Position numbers and translations under genes: made by a program. A stretch of 9,950 nucleotides of DNA, from NCBI GenBank assembly GCA_032249095.1, contig JAVVGN010000069.1:1-9950 (forward strand), in the 5' to 3' direction. A model generated the notes under the pieces. The model saw only the letters and a program-made list of their open reading frames with translations, was not told the DNA's origin and ran no database searches. Below are positions 5,590-9,950 of this stretch, piece by piece. Numbering within the stretch: position 1 is the first letter of the stretch; each line of letters begins with the position of its first letter. This DNA is from Candidatus Caldarchaeales archaeon (GTDB lineage Archaea; Thermoproteota; Nitrososphaeria_A; Caldarchaeales; Calditenuaceae).

Positions 5590-6774
5590 CTATTTTGACC
5601 TGTGCTCAGCCACGAGTCTCGTGAGTATCGTCACGGGAGCGTCGGTCTTTATCGAGGAAGGGTCGTAGTGGGTAGCCGAGGCTCTGTAGCCGATCTCGAC
5701 GAGTTTTTCGAGAATCTCACCGGGCCTTGGAGGAGAGGTCTTAGCCCTCCTGGATAACTCGCTGATGGGGTAGGACCAGGGTATGTCTTGGAGTTCTCGG
5801 TCCAGTCTGCGAATCAAACTTAACACCTCACTATATGTGTCGTCGGACGCGAGCTCGGATGTTAGGATCCTCTGGATGATAGCACCGTCGGTCAGGGGCC
5901 CCAGCCAGATTGGACCGAGTGGAACGTTTTCGTGGCCACAGATGGAGCAGCTTCTGCTCCAATCCTCTAGGCGTTCAAGTTTCATGGTGTTGAGGCAGCT
6001 TCTGCAGTGGGCGAGGTGTCCAGTCATCCTTGAGGCTGCGTAGGCTTTGCTTTTGCCGCGCTCAACCCTGAAAAAGACTCTTACGAAGTGCCTGTATGCA
6101 GCTGAGACAACGGGTGTAGCTGCGAGGCCTAGGCGGCTAGAGGCTCTGACGACAACACCTGCGAGTGCCCTTATGGCGACTTCTTTGAAGAAGACGGTCT
6201 TGCTTAGAGTTAGGCCATATCTCCAGTATGCTGTCCTGCGTGAGGATCCCGAGAGTGCGGCCAGGTCTGTTGCCGAGACGCCCAAAAGGCCATTCCTCTC
6301 CGTGGCCCTCAGGGCGGACTCTAGGAACCTGATCGGCGAACCAAAGGGGTCTATATCGACATAACATGCCCTCCCCTCAAGCGCAAGCCGCGCCAACAGT
6401 AAGTTCGCATCACTGTGCTCCACCCTAAGCCTTTCAGAGAGACCATTTAGGCTCGCGTTGATGCGCGAAAGGGCTACAGCCCAGGGATTAATGTCTCCCG
6501 CGACCCCCTCTCGCGCCACATTAGTCTCAAGCAGCAGTCTTACGGCCCGAGCTCCGGCTCCGGCAAGGGGCTCGGCGAAGAAGCGGCAGCCGGCCCCCCT
6601 GAAATAAGCGTTTACCGCCAACACCGCTAAGTCCCTCGAGGCCTTCGAGGCTGGATTATAGAATGCGGGCATCTTGGAGGAGGCTGGCATTTCCTCGAAT
6701 AATGGGACTAAAAGCTTCGCGGCACCCTCAACGACCATCTTAGTCTTGAATGGGATCTCTGAGGGGCCAGACAT
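5590..6774 (-). CDS. trm1: tRNA (guanine26-N2)-dimethyltransferase Trm1
   Basis: Motifs FYNP, DIDPFGSP, SATD and GPIWLGPL are present, plus a C-terminal Cys cluster. The ORF is open to 6846, but the ATG at 6774 lies 4 nt after the upstream gene's stop and avoids a 68-nt overlap. Confidence 0.9.
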   Translation of the reverse strand: MSGPSEIPFKTKMVVEGAAKLLVPLFEEMPASSKMPAFYNPASKASRDLAVLAVNAYFRGAGCRFFAEPLAGAGARAVRLLLETNVAREGVAGDINPWAVALSRINASLNGLSERLRVEHSDANLLLARLALEGRACYVDIDPFGSPIRFLESALRATERNGLLGVSATDLAALSGSSRRTAYWRYGLTLSKTVFFKEVAIRALAGVVVRASSRLGLAATPVVSAAYRHFVRVFFRVERGKSKAYAASRMTGHLAHCRSCLNTMKLERLEDWSRSCSICGHENVPLGPIWLGPLTDGAIIQRILTSELASDDTYSEVLSLIRRLDRELQDIPWSYPISELSRRAKTSPPRPGEILEKLVEIGYRASATHYDPSSIKTDAPVTILTRLVAEHRSK

Positions 6775-6778
6775 CAGT

Positions 6779-7351
6779 TCATCGAGCCTTCCCCAGTAAT
6801 GCGGCAACTCTCTCGGCCGTCCGTATTGCTTCTCCCCTCCTAACAACGATCAGCTCCCCTACCCCTTCTCTCACCGCCATAACCAAGGGATCTTTAGAGT
6901 AGTAGTGGAAAGTTAGGAGAGCCCGCTGAGCCTCGGAGAGGACCCGCCTAACCCTTGACCTAAAGCCATCGCTCAGAAGCTCCATAGGCCCCACCTCGTC
7001 GATCACAACCACCTCGCCCGCTTCAAGCGATCTATCAACGGTATCTGACAGAGCCCTCTCCAAGTTCTCCAAGTACACAACGTAGCGGCCGATCCTAGGC
7101 CCGCCATGCGCCTCAACCCTCGCCAGTGGTGTTACTCGACCGAGTCCGAGCTCGACTATGTCGAAGCCAATCCTGGCCGCCCCCTGCCGCACTTCCCTCG
7201 TCACAAATCCTCCCACAGGAATCCCATCCCTAGAGAGAAGCTCCGCCGCCCTCTGGGCAAGGGTTGTCTTCCCTGAGCCTGGCGGCCCAGTCACCCCCAC
7301 TATGAGGCGTGCTAACCTCCCCTTTACGCGGTTTAACTCCTCGCTCTCCAA
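6779..7351 (-). CDS. THEP1-like P-loop nucleoside triphosphatase (COG1618-type)
   Basis: Walker A is GPPGSGKT and Walker B is VVVIDEVGPME. The size (about 190 aa) fits. The TTG start lies 2 nt after the glyS stop. Confidence 0.8.
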   Translation of the reverse strand: MESEELNRVKGRLARLIVGVTGPPGSGKTTLAQRAAELLSRDGIPVGGFVTREVRQGAARIGFDIVELGLGRVTPLARVEAHGGPRIGRYVVYLENLERALSDTVDRSLEAGEVVVIDEVGPMELLSDGFRSRVRRVLSEAQRALLTFHYYSKDPLVMAVREGVGELIVVRRGEAIRTAERVAALLGKAR

Positions 7352-7353
7352 CC

Positions 7354-8853
7354 CTACATATCTCTATACATGTCCTTGAATATCAAATCCTCTAGATCCC
7401 TGATTGGGACCCTGACCTGCTGGGCTGTGTCCCTATCCCTCACGGTCACGGTGCTATCTTGGAGCGTCTGGTAGTCGATTGTGACGCAGAGGTTTGCTCC
7501 CACCTCATCATACCTTGCGTATCTCCTTCCTATAGATCCACGGCTATCATACACCACGTAAAGGGGGAGCCTGCTGTTCCTCAAAAAACCATAAACTTCA
7601 CGAGCTTTTGTCACGAGCTCCTCCTTATCCATGAGGGGCAGGATAGCGGCCTTTATGGGGGAGATGGGCCTGGGCATCCTAAGGACTGGCCAGTCCCGGG
7701 CCCCCTCGGTATACGCGAACTCAAGAATTGTGTAAAGTATCCTCTCAATGCCGAATGAGGGCTCAACAACGTGGGGCACGACCTTTCTGCCGTCGTAGTC
7801 TACGGTTAGATCCTCGCCCGAATGGGTCGAGTGCACGGTCAAGTCATAGTCGCGTCTATAAGCATTACCCACGATCTCCTTCCAACCGAAGGAGAATCCG
7901 ACCTCCAGGTCGAAGTTGCCGCCGGAATAGTGGGGGGTCTCCTCGGGGAGAAGGTGTCTAAACCTCATACTCTCAGGCGGGATTCCGAGGGACTTGAAGA
8001 ATCTAACCTCCTTCGCGAGGTAGTAGGCTAGGTAGCGGTTAGGCACAATCCCCTCCTCGTAGGCGTCGGTTGCCCTAATCACTATAGGCTCACTCCCACC
8101 CTTCAGCTGCTCCTCCCTAGTCAGGATCCGAATCTCTGTCCCCCCAATCTCTTGAAGTCCTGAGGGGCCTTGATCATCGCCGGGAGGTATGAAGACCTCT
8201 ATTTCCATCTGGCTGAACTCCCTGAGCCTGATGATTGATTGGCGCGGTGATATCTCGTTTCTAAAGGATCTTCCTATCTGCGCCACCGCGAATGGCAGGC
8301 GGGCCCTCATTGCGTAGACTATCCTCTTGAAGCCTATGAAGATGTTTTGGGCTGTCTCGGGCCTCAGAAACGACACCTCCTCGGCTCCGCCCACGGTTAG
8401 CCTGAACATTAGATTGTGAGGCTTTATCTCGGAAAGCTCCCCGCCGCAGTGAGGGCACCTTACTGCGAGCTGAGCCACAAGCGCAGCCAGTTCCTCAATT
8501 TGCTTCCCCTCGACTCTCACGCCCCTCACCTCCTCAATCAGTTGGTCAAGCCTGTAGATTCTCCTGCAGACAGAGCACTCCGCCTTGGGATCCGTGAACT
8601 TATCCGCATGTCCCGAGGCCTTGAGGACGCTGTAGGGGAGTATGAGTGCGCCGTCAATTAGATATACCTCGTATGAGTTTTCGCGTTTCACGAACTCGTC
8701 GATCCAGTAGTTCACCAAGTTCATCTTCATGAGGGCTCCTAACGGCCCGAGGTCATAGAAGCCGGCTGGTCCCCGGTAAATCTCGGCCGTGGGGTAGAAT
8801 ATGCCTCTTCTCAGGGCCAAGCTAGTAACTTTTTCGAATAGGCTCTCCGGCAT
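7354..8853 (-). CDS. glyS: Glycine--tRNA ligase, archaeal/eukaryotic-type class II
   Basis: The protein is full length, with FYDLGPLG, FRNEISPR, the class II motifs and the archaeal CxxC...CxxC insertion. The ATG at 8853 lies about 28 nt from the TATA box; the track's TTG at 8862 is the alternative start. Confidence 0.92.
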   Translation of the reverse strand: MPESLFEKVTSLALRRGIFYPTAEIYRGPAGFYDLGPLGALMKMNLVNYWIDEFVKRENSYEVYLIDGALILPYSVLKASGHADKFTDPKAECSVCRRIYRLDQLIEEVRGVRVEGKQIEELAALVAQLAVRCPHCGGELSEIKPHNLMFRLTVGGAEEVSFLRPETAQNIFIGFKRIVYAMRARLPFAVAQIGRSFRNEISPRQSIIRLREFSQMEIEVFIPPGDDQGPSGLQEIGGTEIRILTREEQLKGGSEPIVIRATDAYEEGIVPNRYLAYYLAKEVRFFKSLGIPPESMRFRHLLPEETPHYSGGNFDLEVGFSFGWKEIVGNAYRRDYDLTVHSTHSGEDLTVDYDGRKVVPHVVEPSFGIERILYTILEFAYTEGARDWPVLRMPRPISPIKAAILPLMDKEELVTKAREVYGFLRNSRLPLYVVYDSRGSIGRRYARYDEVGANLCVTIDYQTLQDSTVTVRDRDTAQQVRVPIRDLEDLIFKDMYRDM

Positions 8854-8876
8854 CTCCCTCAAAAGAAAATACGCGG

Positions 8877-8885
8877 ATAATATAG
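8877..8885 (-). promoter_or_regulatory. TATA box for the glyS / NTPase / trm1 operon
   Basis: The minus strand reads CTATATTAT, centred about 28 nt upstream of the ATG at 8853. Confidence 0.5.
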
Positions 8886-8936
8886 ATGTCTAACCACGGA
8901 GAACCGCATGCCCATCCTCTACGACTCTAAGCGGCT

Positions 8937-9710
8937 TCATGATGTGAGCTCTGCGTTGCAAGATGGGCATCTATTTCCGAGATCTATCCATACATTCATG
9001 CAGTCCCTGTGGAATGTTGCCCCGCACCCCTTACAGGCCGCTAGCTCTCCGCTAGGAATAGTGTCGCCGCATATCAGGCAGTTCCCACCCGTAGGTGCCT
9101 GGCCGCTTGGCTGGCTCGGTATGTGCTGGGCTGTCTCAACCCTCGTTGTCTCCTCCCAGACCTCCGGGACCTGAACCTCCTGCCCCTCAACACCCCCCTC
9201 GCCTGGTCCGCGGGCCAAATCAAGCTCTTGCGTCGCCCACGAAGGAGGCGGCCCTAAATATACAGTGGACTTGGTCCTAATGCTGGCCACCGTCGCTAGA
9301 ACCGCACTCCCGGTGATCGCCACGCCTGTTATGAGGGCTCCGAACATCCCGAACTCCGGTGTATATGAAAGCTGGAAGGAGGGTAGCTTGACTAGGTATG
9401 TGTATAGGGGGGAGAAGAGCGCGAGTCCTGCTGAGGTGAAGGAGAGTGTTGGAAGAACGACTCTTATCTTGGAGATCTCCCTAAGCGAGCTGGAGAGGAT
9501 GCCCGCCACCCCCGCGGTGCCTCCTGCCACGAGAGATATTATGAGGGGCTCGCTGAAGGTGTAGCCTGAGATCAGGCTACGGCCAACGTTATCATAGTTT
9601 ATCGAGAACCAGGTCAAGAGCAGGCTTAGCGAATGGATGGCCCCTAGAAACGATACCATGGCGCCTATCCTGCTGAACCTGGCCAAAGCCTCACTGACCT
9701 GAGTAATCAT
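8937..9710 (-). CDS. Membrane protein with four predicted TM helices, a Pro/Gly/Glu-rich linker and a C-terminal C4HC3 RING/PHD-like zinc finger
   Basis: Four hydrophobic segments occupy the N-terminal ~150 aa. The C-terminus reads CLIC-x11-CKGCGATFHRDC-x10-CPSC. The ATG at 9710 is preferred over the TTG at 9716. An AT-rich TATA region lies about 27 nt upstream. Confidence 0.8.
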   Translation of the reverse strand: MITQVSEALARFSRIGAMVSFLGAIHSLSLLLTWFSINYDNVGRSLISGYTFSEPLIISLVAGGTAGVAGILSSSLREISKIRVVLPTLSFTSAGLALFSPLYTYLVKLPSFQLSYTPEFGMFGALITGVAITGSAVLATVASIRTKSTVYLGPPPSWATQELDLARGPGEGGVEGQEVQVPEVWEETTRVETAQHIPSQPSGQAPTGGNCLICGDTIPSGELAACKGCGATFHRDCMNVWIDLGNRCPSCNAELTS

Positions 9711-9733
9711 AGACAAACCCTATAGCATCTGCG

Positions 9734-9749
9734 CGATATATATTATTAT
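9734..9749 (-). promoter_or_regulatory. AT-rich TATA region upstream of the membrane zinc-finger gene
   Basis: The plus strand reads GATATATATTATTAT, centred about 27-30 nt from the ATG at 9710. Confidence 0.4.
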
Positions 9750-9950
9750 GTTGCCCCAAGCTCTGACCGGGTACTCGAAGGCCGCGACCTCCCGCCCTAA
9801 AGCAGCATCGCCTAGCCCCAGCGCCGCGCCGGAACGAGCCGATCCACTCTCCTCACCTGTTCTTAGTTAGGTCTCAGTCTTTTATAACACTACGCCGAAG
9901 GGGATTAATAAAGAGATTTTGGTCATTTGTTAGTCTGGTCTTGGGTATCC

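Noticed and set aside
5193-8661. Multiple internal or antisense track ORFs within the membrane-protein gene, trm1, the NTPase gene and glyS (for example 5783..6043, 6047..6364, 7158..7379, 7459..7758, 7728..7961, 8261..8458, 8416..8661).
   Set aside because: They are embedded in confidently identified genes on the opposite strand or in another frame. Their Arg/Ser/Pro-rich composition is typical of spurious ORFs in GC-rich DNA.
9717-9950. A possible tRNA or small gene in the terminal 230 bp, including a 39-codon ATG ORF at 9748.
   Set aside because: No cloverleaf or T-loop is present on either strand. The ORF is short and Pro/Ala/Ser-rich. The window edge prevents any further assessment.
1-9950. 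A CRISPR array, or the template/variable repeat pair of a diversity-generating retroelement.
   Set aside because: There are no regularly spaced short direct repeats. The only long repeat pair is inverted, has one G/A difference and is not linked to a reverse transcriptase.

Overview
The window looks archaeal, probably from a Thermoproteota/Crenarchaeota-type thermophile. The evidence is an archaeal-type class II GlyRS, Trm1, a CTP-dependent riboflavin kinase with an HTH domain, a 20S proteasome beta subunit, and TTTATAT-type TATA boxes about 26-30 nt upstream of start codons, which suggests leaderless mRNAs. From about 3.3 to 9.7 kb the content is mostly housekeeping: psmB; an HTH-RibK fusion; a membrane protein of unknown function; a tightly packed minus-strand operon glyS / THEP1-like NTPase / trm1; and a 4-TM protein ending in a RING/PHD-like zinc finger. 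The first 3.3 kb is atypical and is where I would look for something new. Two 209-bp inverted repeats, 208/209 identical by hand alignment, lie 1,792 bp apart. They bracket a compact mirror-symmetric cassette: a 289-aa coiled-coil protein converging on a translationally coupled pair, a 66-aa C4HC3 zinc finger plus a 123-aa acidic coiled-coil protein. Each repeat contains a conserved 26-27 codon sORF, a ~144-nt rod-like hairpin and a C/T-rich tract, and each has the same orientation relative to local transcription. The unit sits between two long A/C-skewed, low-GC non-coding tracts. I found no transposase, integrase, tRNA, rRNA or CRISPR array. All functional calls come from reading the translations and motifs by eye, since no database search was possible.
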